A DNA stretch of 64,000 nt from positions 76,694,001 through 76,758,000 of the forward strand of contig OX597819.1 of the NCBI GenBank assembly GCA_951406725.2. The letters are read 5' to 3'. How positions within the stretch are numbered: the first letter of the stretch is position 1; each line of letters opens with the position of its first letter. The notes below the pieces were generated by a model, which saw only the letters and a list, made by a program, of their open reading frames with translations, was not told where the DNA came from and did no database searches. This DNA comes from Octopus vulgaris (taxonomy: Eukaryota). The translations under genes were made by a program, and so were the position numbers. Below are positions 1 to 12,727 of this stretch, one piece after another.

Positions 1-754
1 CGAAGCAATGAATAAATTTTTTCTGCGGCCTTAATAGAGTAATCGATAATCAAGAATTGGTTTACGGAGAGCTTACCACTTACGTTCTACATACTATACA
101 ATGGCATACATAGATTTATATCAAAGACGCTTTTAAAGAGATATATCAAGAATGTGTAATACAACGGAAAATGTAACATACACATCAAATAACAGAATTA
201 AAACATATAGGATATAGAATAAAAGGATAAGAATTCATACAGCATCAGGATTCAAATACATAATAAAAGGGTAACATATGCAACAATGGAAAAAGAATGC
301 ATGAACCAGCAGAAAAAACAACATACAAAACATTAAATACTGCAACAGAATATGAATACGTTCAACGGAAGAACGGTATATAAAACAAGAGAATAAAAAC
401 CTGTAAGCCAACGGAATAAGTATACATATACTAAATGAATTAAAATACATAATTCAACAAATAAGAATATATAATGTACCGTACTGAGAGTATATATTCT
501 TAAGAAAATAAAATCACTGTCGACATGCTACTATGATTAGAAGGTAAATATTCCTGTTCTAGTTTTGTTTCATTGGTTTCTGTCATGCCATGCGGTCATG
601 CTGGGGCAACAATTTCACTGTGTTTTAATCGATCATATAGATTTGCAATACGTAATCAGATTTGATATTTATTCATAACACATTTATATAGACACATAAA
701 ATATATACTTTATGTATACTCAGTCATACGTACATACATATAAGTATACATATG

Positions 755-830
<76 letters not shown>

Positions 831-1414
831 TATATACACGTATATACATGTATAAAAATGTATATATATGTATATTATATATGTGTTTGTGTATATATTT
901 ATATATACGTGTGTGTATGTATATGTGTGTTTGTGTGTGTGTATATATTTTTTTATTTGAAGGGCGCTGGAATGCCAGCGCCTATACGCTTGAAGTAGAT
1001 GTCAAATACCTACAATCGACTCTAAATTTCTTCTCTATTTATAACCCCAGGTCGAATGCGAGGTAATGAGCAAGAAGTCTTCTGTCGATCGAAGGTTTCA
1101 CAGTGGTTAAGCATGTAGCACCAATTGATTACAACCTTTCTCACTTTCTCCTTTTTCTTCTTTTTCTTTTTACTTATATTTTATTTATTTTTTCGCTCTA
1201 ATGAAGTTTCGTGATTCAATTTGGTATAAATAATTGCTTACAATGATAACTATCATTACTATTATTGTGGCAACTAGAACTGACAATCATGTTAACTGAA
1301 ACAGCTGTAAGTCGAGATTATGTCTTTTTGTCACTTATTAATAAATGATAATTGATGTAAATCAATTGTTATCCATTGTATCTCCATTTTCTGTTTTCTT
1401 TTATATATATATAC

Positions 1415-1459
<45 letters not shown>

Positions 1460-1491
1460 TATATATATGTATATATATATATATATATATC

Positions 1492-1524
<33 letters not shown>

Positions 1525-1535
1525 GTATAAATATG

Positions 1536-1585
<50 letters not shown>

Positions 1586-1640
1586 TGTATATATCACTTA
1601 CACACACAAGCACACACATGCACACACGCACATGCACAAT

Positions 1641-1719
<79 letters not shown>

Positions 1720-2173
1720 GCTTATATCTATGTCTACATCATAATTCGAATAAAATATAAAAGACAATATACATCATTCTAGATATAAAACTTCAAACAA
1801 CCATATCACAGCTGCAATACAAACAAAATCAAAACGGAGACAGCATCTGCTTCTTATAGAAACCTATTAAAAGTAACCATCAACTATTTGGTTTCGTGAT
1901 CTGTACTATAAATGTCTTACGATTACTTACTCTACAGACTACCAGGTATCCGAAGGTATAACAGTTATTCTTCTACGTGCCTTTATCAAAAGGATTCGAT
2001 ATCGTTTTTGGAGTAGTGATTTTGAAGTATTTAGACTATAATGCTCGAGTTCGAATTGCTATTACTATCTACAATTGTCTATATCAACTGCGATGAATAT
2101 GTCCTCGAATTAACGATCTTTATTCGATTTATGGTGTGAACATACACGCGCACGGGTACGTGGACGCAGAAAC

Positions 2174-2231
<58 letters not shown>

Positions 2232-2339
2232 GCATACATACACATATATATGCGTATGTGAATAACAAGTCTTTGATTGACGCCAAAGGAAATGGCTTCC
2301 TTTCTTCCTATTCATCATCATCATCATCGTTGTCGTCTT

Positions 2340-2403
<64 letters not shown>

Positions 2404-2537
2404 ATATATACATATATACATATATACATATATATAAATATATATACATATATATATATATATACATATATGTACTGATAGAGTGAGAGAGGGGAGCTGA
2501 TAGACAAAGAGAGAGAGAAAGGAAGAAAAAGAGAGAG

Positions 2538-2594
<57 letters not shown>

Positions 2595-3063
2595 AAGTCA
2601 AGAGGTCTTTTTTGGTTGACGCCAGAAACACAAACGCAATGCAGATAAAGAAGAAACGAGACATGTATGCACAGAGAGAGAGAGGAAGAACCACTTAAAC
2701 GAAGAGAGTTTTTTTCGCTAAATATATAAAAAAAATTAGAGAGAGAAAACGGGAGAGATATAGGGAAGCTGGGCGTAAAAATAGACCAGCGGAGAAGAAC
2801 ACCCTTAAGAACTACTCTCATCTCTACTAAAAGAAGCCATATGCAAAAACATATTTTTGGGTAAAAACTATTACTTCGTGAAGCGGAAAATAAGCTTAAC
2901 TTTGGTTGCACCTAATCAAGAAGTCTTTGACTTGATGCCAAAATCATAAAGTGCAGATAGATGGAGAGAACGAGAGAGAGGGGTTGAGAGACAAAGAGAG
3001 TGAGAAAGAGACAGAGAAAGGAAGAAAGAAAGAGACATACAAAAACGAAATATCTATATATAA

Positions 3064-3104
<41 letters not shown>

Positions 3105-3259
3105 TACACACACATATATATATATATACATATATACATAAATATATATATATACATATATACATAAATATATAATGTGTGTACATATACACATATGTGT
3201 GTGTCTATACACACACACACACATATATATACATACATACGTACGTATATATATATATA

Positions 3260-3299
<40 letters not shown>

Positions 3300-4134
3300 T
3301 AGGAAAGAGGGTAACAAATGCATGTTTGTTAGAACTCATTTTCTTACGTCTTTCGGGTTCTGTAGAAATTTACGAAAAACAGTAAAAGTGCATTTTAAGA
3401 AAGAGAACAATTGTGAGATATATTCAGGAAAGTAGTTTCGAAAAACATAAAATACTAGAAAGTCCTTAAAAGCAATTCCAGACCTAAGTGCAAAGAGAAA
3501 AGCATAAGAAACAGAAGACTAGTTGTTAAGAAGGAACAATAACAAATGATAGAGTTTCATGGAGAAACGAATATGTTCAATGTGTCCGTGTATTTTGAAT
3601 CCAGTACAAAATCTAGTTCTTGTTGCAAATGTGTCGGTTGGGTGCCTCAGTTGGCAGTGGGAGCAATGAGAGAAAGGCGCAAGCTTATACTACGGCCTCC
3701 ATGAAGATGATTAAGATATCAATTTTCGACGCAAGGTCAGAAAATTCGGAGGAGGAGAACAAATCGATTATATCGATCTCAGTGCTCAAGCTGATACTTA
3801 TTTTATCGACTCCAAAAGCATGAAAGATAGACCCATGATGACGATAGATAGGGCAAATGACACAAGCCAGTGAGCACATCTCACTAGAGGCAAAAATTGA
3901 TTTGTGTAAGGGCAACAGCTCTGCCTAGAAAGGAAGCGAAGTTACCGAAGCGTTGGTTATAATTCGAAACCAATATGACCTGAGACAGAATCGAGAACAA
4001 TAGCAATGTCGTTGGTGGCCTGAGTTCCACAGAGAGCGAAGGGCTTCAGTAAGTATATATATATTTTTTAAATCCCATTCAATGTACAAAACTGAAACAT
4101 GACAAAAAGAAAGCAACCTCCATATATACTTTTA

Positions 4135-4342
4135 GATCTATTTGTTTCAGTCATTAGACTGCGACCACGCTGAGGCACCGTCTTAAAAGAAAATTAGTCG
4201 AATGAATCAACCTCCATATTTTTACAAAATCCGGTACTTACTCTACCGGTTTCTTTTGCCCAAGAACTAAGTTACGGGACGTCAACACACCAACAGCAGT
4301 TGTCAAACGGTTGGGGGACAAACACAGAGACAAAGACACACA

Positions 4343-4345
<3 letters not shown>
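4135..4345 (-). mobile_element. SINE family A, 3' half (split by the fold-back element)
   Basis: Reverse complement of the 51510-51705 tail. Confidence 0.85.
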
Positions 4346-4382
<37 letters not shown>

Positions 4383-4468
4383 TATTAGAGACAAAACCAC
4401 TATTTTGCAAAACAAACAAGGAAAGACTTAATCAATACATAAAATTTTAATAAATAGTCAAAAAACCG

Positions 4469-4511
4469 CCACTACAATCGTTTATTGTCTTGATCGACAA
4501 TCTTCAGGTGG
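4469..4511 (-). ncRNA. Mirror copy of the hammerhead motif with a core mutation (GAAA to TAAA)
   Basis: Reverse complement reads CCACCTGAAGATTGTCGATCAAGACAA-TAAA-CGATTGTAGTGG; position 4484 differs from its partner at 6790. Confidence 0.7.
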
Positions 4512-6762
4512 ACTTCCAATCTAAAATATCAATATTTTAAAATATAAAAATAATAATTTTAAAATAATTAAAGTATGAATGAAAAAATATAAATATATAA
4601 TCCATATATAACCTATATATAATCCATATATAATCAATATATAAACAATATATAAACTAAAATAAACCTATCAACAATTAAATATAAAATATAAAATATA
4701 AAATATAAAACAAAACAAAAAAATAATAATATAATAATAAACTATATATACACCCATACACATATACCTAATTATATATAACCATATCTAACTACATACA
4801 CTAAATCACACACCTATATATATAACCTATACATACACATAAAAACGTCTAGGCAACTATAAATAAATAAAATAGCTAAATACTTCAACACAATACTTAT
4901 TCATACTCCCACACACACACACATACAACCCACATTCACGCTCTAGAAAACGGACATCACTCAAAATTATGAATGAAGAAATGGAATAAATGGAATTAAA
5001 AATTATATTCACTTGGTAAAACGAACACTACTTAAAAGTTATGAATGAAACAATGCAATAAAACAACAGACATCGCAAATAGACACAAATTACTACGAAT
5101 TCCTTAACAAACCTACCATGATAAACCAAAACTCATAAAAACATATAATGATAAAATCTCCCTTTACTAAACTCTATAACATACCTATATAGCAATCCCC
5201 CTAACCTAAACATTCACACACAAATACACACACGTAAACCACACACCCACGACATATACAAATACCCACACCACTTACACATACCAATACATACATATAA
5301 ACCTCAACATATACTCCAAAAACCCACTCAACCCCACACAGACAAATAAACACAAAAATTAAGAATGGATTCTTTTATAAAACTACCATGATAAGCTAAA
5401 ACTCACAAAACAGAAATGATAAAACCTCCCTTTACTAAACACTATAACATACTTATATAGCAATCCCTTTAACCTATACATTCACACACAAAAACACACA
5501 CGTAAACCACACACCCATAACAAATACAAACACCCACCCCACTCACACACACCCACAAGTACATATAAGCCTCAACATATACACCAAACAAAATTACTTT
5601 ACCAAGGAACTTAACATATGTATAAAAAGTATAACCGCTCTGGAAACGAACATCTTTAAATTAATGAATGGAGAAATGGAATAAATGGAATTAAAAATAA
5701 TATTCACGTGGCAAAACGAACACCACTCAAAAATTATGAATGAAACAATGTAATAAAACAACCAACATCGAAAATAGACAAATTACCACGAATTCCCTAA
5801 ATTCGTGGTAATATAAGTATGTTATAGTGTTTAGTAAAGGGAGGTTTTATCATTTCTGTTTTGTGAGTTTTAGCTTATCATGGTAGTTTTATAAAAGAAT
5901 CCATTCTTAATTTTTGTGTTTATTTGTCTGTGTGGGGTTGAGTGGGTTTTTGGAGTATATGTTGAGGTTTATATGTATGTATTGGTATGTGTAAGTGGTG
6001 TGGGTATTTGTATATGTCGTGGGTGTGTGGTTTACGTGTGTGTATTTGTGTGTGAATGTTTAGGTTAGGGGGATTGCTATATAGGTATGTTATAGAGTTT
6101 AGTAAAGGGAGATTTTATCATTATATGTTTTTATGAGTTTTGGTTTATCATGGTAGGTTTGTTAAGGAATTCGTAGTAATTTGTGTCTATTTGCGATGTC
6201 TGTTGTTTTATTGCATTGTTTCATTCATAATTTTTAAGTAGTGTTCGTTTTGCCACGTGAATATTATTTTTAATTCCATTTATTCCATTTCTCCATTCAT
6301 AATTTTGAGTGATGTCCGTTTTCTAGAGCGTGAATGTGGGTTGTATGTGTGTGTGTGTGGGTATGAATAAGTATTGTGTTGAAGTATTTAGCTATTTTAT
6401 TTATTTATAGTTGCCTAGACGTTTTTATGTGTATGTATAGGTTATATATATAGGTGTGTGATTTAGTGTATGTAGTTAGATATGGTTATATATAATTAGG
6501 TATATGTGTATGGGTGTATATATAGTTTATTATTATATTATTATTTTTTTGTTTTGTTTTATATTTTATATTTTATATTTTATATTTTATATTTAATTGT
6601 TGATAGGTTTATTTTAGTTTATATATTGTTTATATATTGATTATATATGGATTATATATAGGTTATATATGGATTATATATTTATATTTTTTCATTCATA
6701 CTTTAATTATTTTAAAATTATTATTTTTATATTTTAAAATATTGATATTTTAGATTGGAAGT

Positions 6763-6805
6763 CCACCTGAAGATTGTCGATCAAGACAAGAAACGATTGT
6801 AGTGG
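6763..6805 (+). ncRNA. Minimal type-I hammerhead ribozyme motif (intact core)
   Basis: Reads CCAC-CTGAAGA-TTGTC(GATCAA)GACAA-GAAA-C(GATT)G-TA-GTGG: stem I CCAC/GTGG, core CUGANGA, 5-bp stem II, GAAA, very short stem III, and a GUA cleavage triplet ending at 6801. Confidence 0.8.
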
Positions 6806-7010
6806 CGGTTTTTTTGACTATTTATTAAAATTTTATGTATTGATTAAGTCTTTCCTTGTTTGTTTTGCAAAATAGTGGTTTTGTCTCTAATAATATTTTA
6901 TAATATTTTACTATAAAATTTGATTTAATCCTAAATCTGATTTTTTTCCTGTAAATTTGGATTTATTCCCTAATATTTATTATTATATATATATATATAT
7001 ATATATATAG

Positions 7011-7174
7011 GACGGGCTTCCTTCAGTTTCTCTCTTCCAAATCTACTCGTAAAGCTTTGGTCGGTCTGAGGCTATAGCAGAATAACACCTGCCCAAAGTG
7101 TCATGCAGTAGGACTGAACTCTGAACCACGTGGTTAGGAAATAATATTCTTGCGATACAGCCACGTCTGCACCT
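7011..7174 (-). mobile_element. SINE family A, 5' tRNA-like half (split by the fold-back element)
   Basis: Reverse complement of the 51294-51457 head. Confidence 0.85.
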
Positions 7175-7572
7175 ATATTCTTTTATTCTTCTACTGGTTT
7201 CAGTCATTTAACTGCAGCCATGCTGGAGCACCGCCTTAATATATGTCAACAATCCTTTCAAATGTCGTACTCTGTAAGCGAGTTTGTCTTTCGATAATTG
7301 ATGATTTGAAAAGATGCATAACTGTACACATTGCAAACTCTCTTGATCTTGTACTGCGTTTAACCGAGAAGAGACATTTATGCAATAGTTTTGGAAAAAT
7401 ACTACAAATCATAAACTGGACTTCAGAGTCATTTTTGCTTTGATCTTTGCCTTGCAAGTCATTGATAGAAAATTATCGATCTCAGTATGGAGTCGACTTC
7501 CATTGTACATATGCGTGTCTGTTTGGGTACATTTGCATCTAAGTATTTGTACACAAATCACTCCTCCACACT

Positions 7573-7624
<52 letters not shown>

Positions 7625-8035
7625 AACACATATAAATGCGCTGTCAAAATAATCACACATCAAGCTATTTCATCTATTTTGTTCTATGTATATTAATTCT
7701 ATCTACGCTATTCAAATTTCCTACGAATGTTTGATATTGATCAAAAACTGTGGAAATCTATGCTATGTTTACAGACATAGATATTTTTCACCAGAGAAGT
7801 TCCACTTTTCATGCACATTTCACCTCTACATCAGACTTTGAAAAAAATATCATCTTAAGTTTGTTAACAATATAATTGAACATTGGCTGTACCGATGAGT
7901 TATGAAAACGCCTATACATAAAAGGAAATGGGAAATAGTAATTTAGAATGTTTAACTTAACTAGATTTAACTGTTGTCCTATACTTTACGTTGAAGATCA
8001 ATGTAAGGGAGAAATATTCTTTTCGTAAATATATA

Positions 8036-8192
8036 GGCACAGGCGTGGCTGTGTGGTAAAATGCTTGCTTCTCAACCACATTGTTCCGGGTTCAATCCCA
8101 CTATGTGGCACCTTCAGCATGAGCTTTCTACTATAGCCTCGGGCCGTCCAAAGCCTTGTGAGTGGATGTGGCAGAGGTAAACTGAAAACCCG

Positions 8193-8262
<70 letters not shown>

Positions 8263-8490
8263 TTATTTTTTTTATGTCTGTATTTGCCCCCCGCCCCCAT
8301 TGCTTGACAACCGATTTTGGTGTGTTTACGTCCCCGTAACTTAGCGCTTCGGCTAAAGAGACTGATAGAATTAGTACTAGAATTATTAAGAATAAGTTCT
8401 GGGGTCGATTTCTTCAACTAAAAGCCCTTTAAGACAGTGTTCCAGTATAGCCACAGTCGAATGACTGAAGCGAAAACAAGAATAAAAGAA
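8036..8490 (+). mobile_element. SINE family A, full length
   Basis: Head GGCGTGGCTGTGTGGTAA...GGTTCAATCCC (A/B-box-like), internal TA/TG microsatellite, conserved tail. Confidence 0.9.
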
Positions 8491-8615
8491 TATAGCTTAC
8501 AAAGAAGAGCGTGGTATTTTGCTTGAAGTATTGTAGAACAAAAGTATAATAATAAATGAGATGAGAAATGAGGGAAGCTTCTAAATGTGAAGAAAGTTTT
8601 TACAATCTTTTACAT

Positions 8616-8675
8616 TTCGGGCGCAAATGCCTATCTTCGGGCACAAAGGCATCTCTTCAGGTGCAAAGGCCTATC
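8616..8675. repeat. Three-copy 20-bp minisatellite
   Basis: TTCGGGCGCAAATGCCTATC / TTCGGGCACAAAGGCATCTC / TTCAGGTGCAAAGGCCTATC. Confidence 0.85.
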
Positions 8676-9894
8676 TACGTAGCTCCTGCGAAAATGGCAG
8701 GATCTACGTACACACATATTTCTTTGACTGTATCTTTCTGATAGGCTCTTGCGAATGAATGATAAATTTTTTTAAAAAGCTTTCACATTTCATTTATACA
8801 TAGATTACTAAACGTTAACTGGATCCGAACATTTGCCCTGTACTACAATCTTAAAGTAGAAGAAAGAAAATACAAGTAAGCTATTTTCTGATTTAAATAG
8901 CAAGACACGGGAAATTTCACCTCAAATGAACAATACAAAATAAATACGATAAAATAAGTACCTGATGGAAATAATTCTGGGGTTGATATGCTCGAATTAA
9001 TTCTTTAGAGAATGTGCAATAATACGGCCGTAGTCCAATGAGAGAAAGCAGCCAACGAACATATATATATATAAATTACATTAATAAGAGAAGTCACTGG
9101 AAATTCCAATAAAAAGATGTTTCCGACATGATAATGAAAAAAACATTGCTGTAGATCAGTTATATTACATAAAAAATGGGTAAAACTTTACTGCATGAGA
9201 CTTGCGTTATCAGTAATGTGTGTGAGAGAGTGTGTTTAAAAATGCATTAATTCGCTTTTCCTTAAATTTTTCTATCTATCTTACACGAATGTAACTTATA
9301 TATGTGTTATGTAATGGATTCTCTAATGACATTTATCCCTTAAACAATGCTTTAACTTTTTATTTGTTTCTCTTACTTTTAATGTTTCTCTTCAAATCAG
9401 TATTTTTTTCTGTTTTTCCGTCAGTCAAATCGCTTTTACAAGATATCACCTGAAATAGATAACGGACCATTGTTAATCATATGTCACACAATGCACATGT
9501 TTCATGTAATCCCGTTATCTATCACTTCGTCTTCCTGCTAACTTATTTCGTTACAAGTAATTTATCTACAGCCACTATGTTCTACTGAAGCGCTTCGTCT
9601 CCAGTGGTACTGTATCGCCTCTTTCTTCTAAAAGGTAACGAGGCGGTTTAGATAATCATTCATTTATTCCACCATCCATCACTCCGTTCATAATTATTTC
9701 TTTCTATTCTGTATTTTTTTAAAATTCTTCTTTAATTTATTTCTATTCTATATTTGTAACCCTTCTCTTATTTCTTAGTTTCTTCTTTTTCTTTATTCCA
9801 GGAACAAACATCGTAGAGCGGTAAATTTCCCACAGGATTTTGTATTAATAATAAAGATTTCTAATTTTTAATAAATATTATTCCTGAATTAAAA

Positions 9895-10253
9895 TGAAGG
9901 TCAGAAATTTTGAAGGCAGGAGTTTATTCGATACGATCGCTCCCAGAACTTGATTGAGAATTAATTTTATTATCCTTGGAAAGAAAAGATGACCCCTGGC
10001 TGGATTTGAATTCAGAATACAAGGAGTTGAAATATATACCGCAAAGCATTTTCCGACGCTTTAACTATTCTACTAGCTCGCCGCCAGGAAATTTGAGGTG
10101 TAAGAAAGTCGATTTGAAAAGCAAAGTCGATTTAGGTGGAATAGGAAAAGCAAAGTCGATCTAGGTGGAATTTGAACTCAGAACGTAAAGACGGACGAAA
10201 TGCCGCTAAGCACTTTTGTCCGTCACCGAAACGAGTGTGCCAGCTCACTGCCT
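9895..10253 (-). mobile_element. Two tandem SINE family B copies
   Basis: Reverse complement of GGCGGCGAGCTGGCAGAA...TTCTGAGTTCAAATTCC...GACTTTGC; local duplications at 10105-10170. Confidence 0.75.
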
Positions 10254-11239
10254 GTTTATCAATTATAATGTTAATTTACCTGTGAAATACAACCATTATA
10301 CAATTATACTATTTTCTTTTCCTTAAAATCATGTTACTATATGGATATATAAGAAACAATTATTTGTTGCTGTTATTGTTGCTGTTGTTTTTGTTCTTAT
10401 TATTTTATCCACTGATCTACGGAGACATCAAATTGAATATCCATTTACATCGATACTCCGTATTAGCCCTCTCCTGACGTATAGAATTTTGAAACTGCTA
10501 ATATATTTTGTTTCTGTTCGCTTCTATGATATAAATCATGTCAACTAGGACAGTGTGATTTACGTTAAGAGATATTGTCGACACACTGCAAACTGATGCG
10601 ACGTAAAATTTTCATGTATTAATTTACATTTGATGTCGACTGCCATTTGTATTCCGATATGTGACAGAGGAGCAAAAACAGCAGTGAGCCGGACGAAATA
10701 CCTACCATGTCATAGCATTCAGTGACATCTTTTTATATTCTGAGTTCAGTACCACCTACATCAATTTTGCCTTACTTTTTCAAAAAATGCTAAAATAATG
10801 TCAAAATCGATATAATTGAATAAACTACTGAGTGTTGTACCCCGGTATGAATCGAAATGGATAACCACTAGTACCATTAGACGTATGAAAATTATATTAA
10901 TGTGCTTGATAAAAGTGTAAAGTGTTCGAGTTTAGAACAATTCGGCAAATATAAATGGCGGTGCGTTTGAGTAACGTAATTGTTCTTAAAATAAAGATGT
11001 GCATTAGAGATTATTATTACATAAGCAAATTACCTTGAGGTAAGTCATATGTTTTGAGCTCCCGAAATTGTTTGATTTTTGTTGTCACGAGTTGTTGAAC
11101 TTTTGTTTTTATTGTTCGATTCGTGTTATAAGTCAGCTTCCCTCCTAGGGCGCTATTTTTTTGTTAAAAAAAGCCTTTGGGGGGGGGGGGTTAAATACGC
11201 CAATTACATCGAAGTTCTACGAACATTTTACCAAAATTA

Positions 11240-12070
11240 ATGGTGACCGACCGAGGGAATGAGGACGGGAGGTTGAACAACCAGCTCAACGAAGACTTCG
11301 CCGCCCTCACCACCACTATTGTTCCCATACAGGAAAAAGAAGAAAAGAAGGTAGAGGAGAAGAAAGAAGAAAAGAAACAAGATATTGAAAATGAAGAGAA
11401 GACAATAGAGATTTCTTCGCACGCAAACGAAGCAGGTCGAAGCAGGTTCGCTTCAGCCTGCAACCGCTTGGAAAATATCAAATTAAATAATGAACTGTTG
11501 GAGAAGGTGAAGGGTCTCTTGGAGAAGTAGGAGGAATTATCACCCTACACACTCCCATTGAGATCGAGCAAGGGATCTAGAAGAGGACAATAACATACAA
11601 AGTGATAAATCTAAAAACAAAAAAAGTGGAGAAAGCGACTGAAGCACTTACAGAAAAATGTCTTCGCCCCATTTGGTATAATAAGACTTACGTTAGCAGA
11701 GGGAGACTGGACCATCCCAATATGCCAAAGTAGACTTTGCCAAACCACAACGGATCGTCCAGATCGTACTTAGGATTTTCTGCAGAGTATTAGAGAGGGA
11801 TAGCATAAGGTGTCAAATAGTCGGCTACACAGATAGGTTACATAGACAGTGACCCGGTTACTGGAAGCTGAAGGCGTCGTTCCCGGCACGCAAAGCTTAG
11901 TGCAGCATGCGTTTGCTAATCTTGGGAAAGTTTCATCCACCTTCTCTCTTGAGACTCGTTCTGATGTGCTGCAGCATGCATTTGCTGATCTTGAGAAAGT
12001 ATCTCTCCCTTCTATCTTGAGACTCTCGCCTTCAGTTTTCGACAGTCCTCCTTGTTTCTGGAGAGATTAA
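11240..12070 (+). pseudogene. Probable Tx1/L1-like ORF1 start plus a downstream fragment
   Basis: Charged Glu/Lys-rich 96-aa frame followed by broken coding-like sequence, just upstream of the Tx1-like RT piece; includes a ~60 bp tandem duplication (11900-11958 / 11969-12028). Confidence 0.4.
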
Positions 12071-12530
12071 GTCGTTTATTTGGTGGCATATTTTTTTCAA
12101 TATTGTAAACAAAATATAATTAACATATAAAAAATTATACATTAACATCTATTTTTGTAAGCAGTTGTATGAACGTAGTTTGTCTTTATTTTTGTATGCA
12201 GTATAAATCAAATATGATAGAAATAAGGTGATCTTAGAGCTATCACAGAATTAAAAGTGAAAGAACGAAAGTGAAATAATATTATTGCCTTATCACATTA
12301 GAATTAAGTGAAAGAATAAAAGTGAAACAATATTATAACACATTACAATATAGATCTTCTTTCATTTTGACACGTAATACCGAACCAGTACCAATGTTAT
12401 ATTATTTTAATCCAAATGAAAAGAAAAGATACATGTTGACACTCACGGGATCTGATACTATTACCTTGTAAAATTTGATTTGATTTGGTCGAGCCGTTTG
12501 AGAATGCATAAAGAACAAATAATTTTAGAG

Positions 12531-12583
<53 letters not shown>

Positions 12584-12663
12584 CATTATTGTTGTTGTTG
12601 TTGTTGTTGCTGTTCTTCTGGTTTTTGTTCTTGTTCTTGTTCTTCTTCTTCTTCTTCTTCTTC

Positions 12664-12722
<59 letters not shown>
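12531..12722. repeat. Compound trinucleotide microsatellite (ATT)n(GTT)n(CTT)n(ATT)n
   Basis: Direct reading. Confidence 0.97.
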
Positions 12723-12726
<4 letters not shown>

Positions 12727-12727
12727 T

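Larger units (their letters stand above)
4373..6983. mobile_element. ORF-less fold-back (large inverted repeat) element, probably Penelope-like terminal-repeat derived, carrying hammerhead motifs
   Basis: 4373-5458 is the reverse complement of 5811-6902, about 99% identical by eye (a few substitutions, one extra TATAAAA unit, small indels). There is a ~350 bp spacer and an ~80 bp one-sided extension (6903-6983). It is flanked by (TA)n on both sides, and the ORF track has nothing between 4116 and 7236. Confidence 0.8.

Noticed and set aside
3620-4116. Short ORFs in a GC-richer patch
   Set aside because: No recognisable motif or splice pattern; probably an unclassified decayed repeat.
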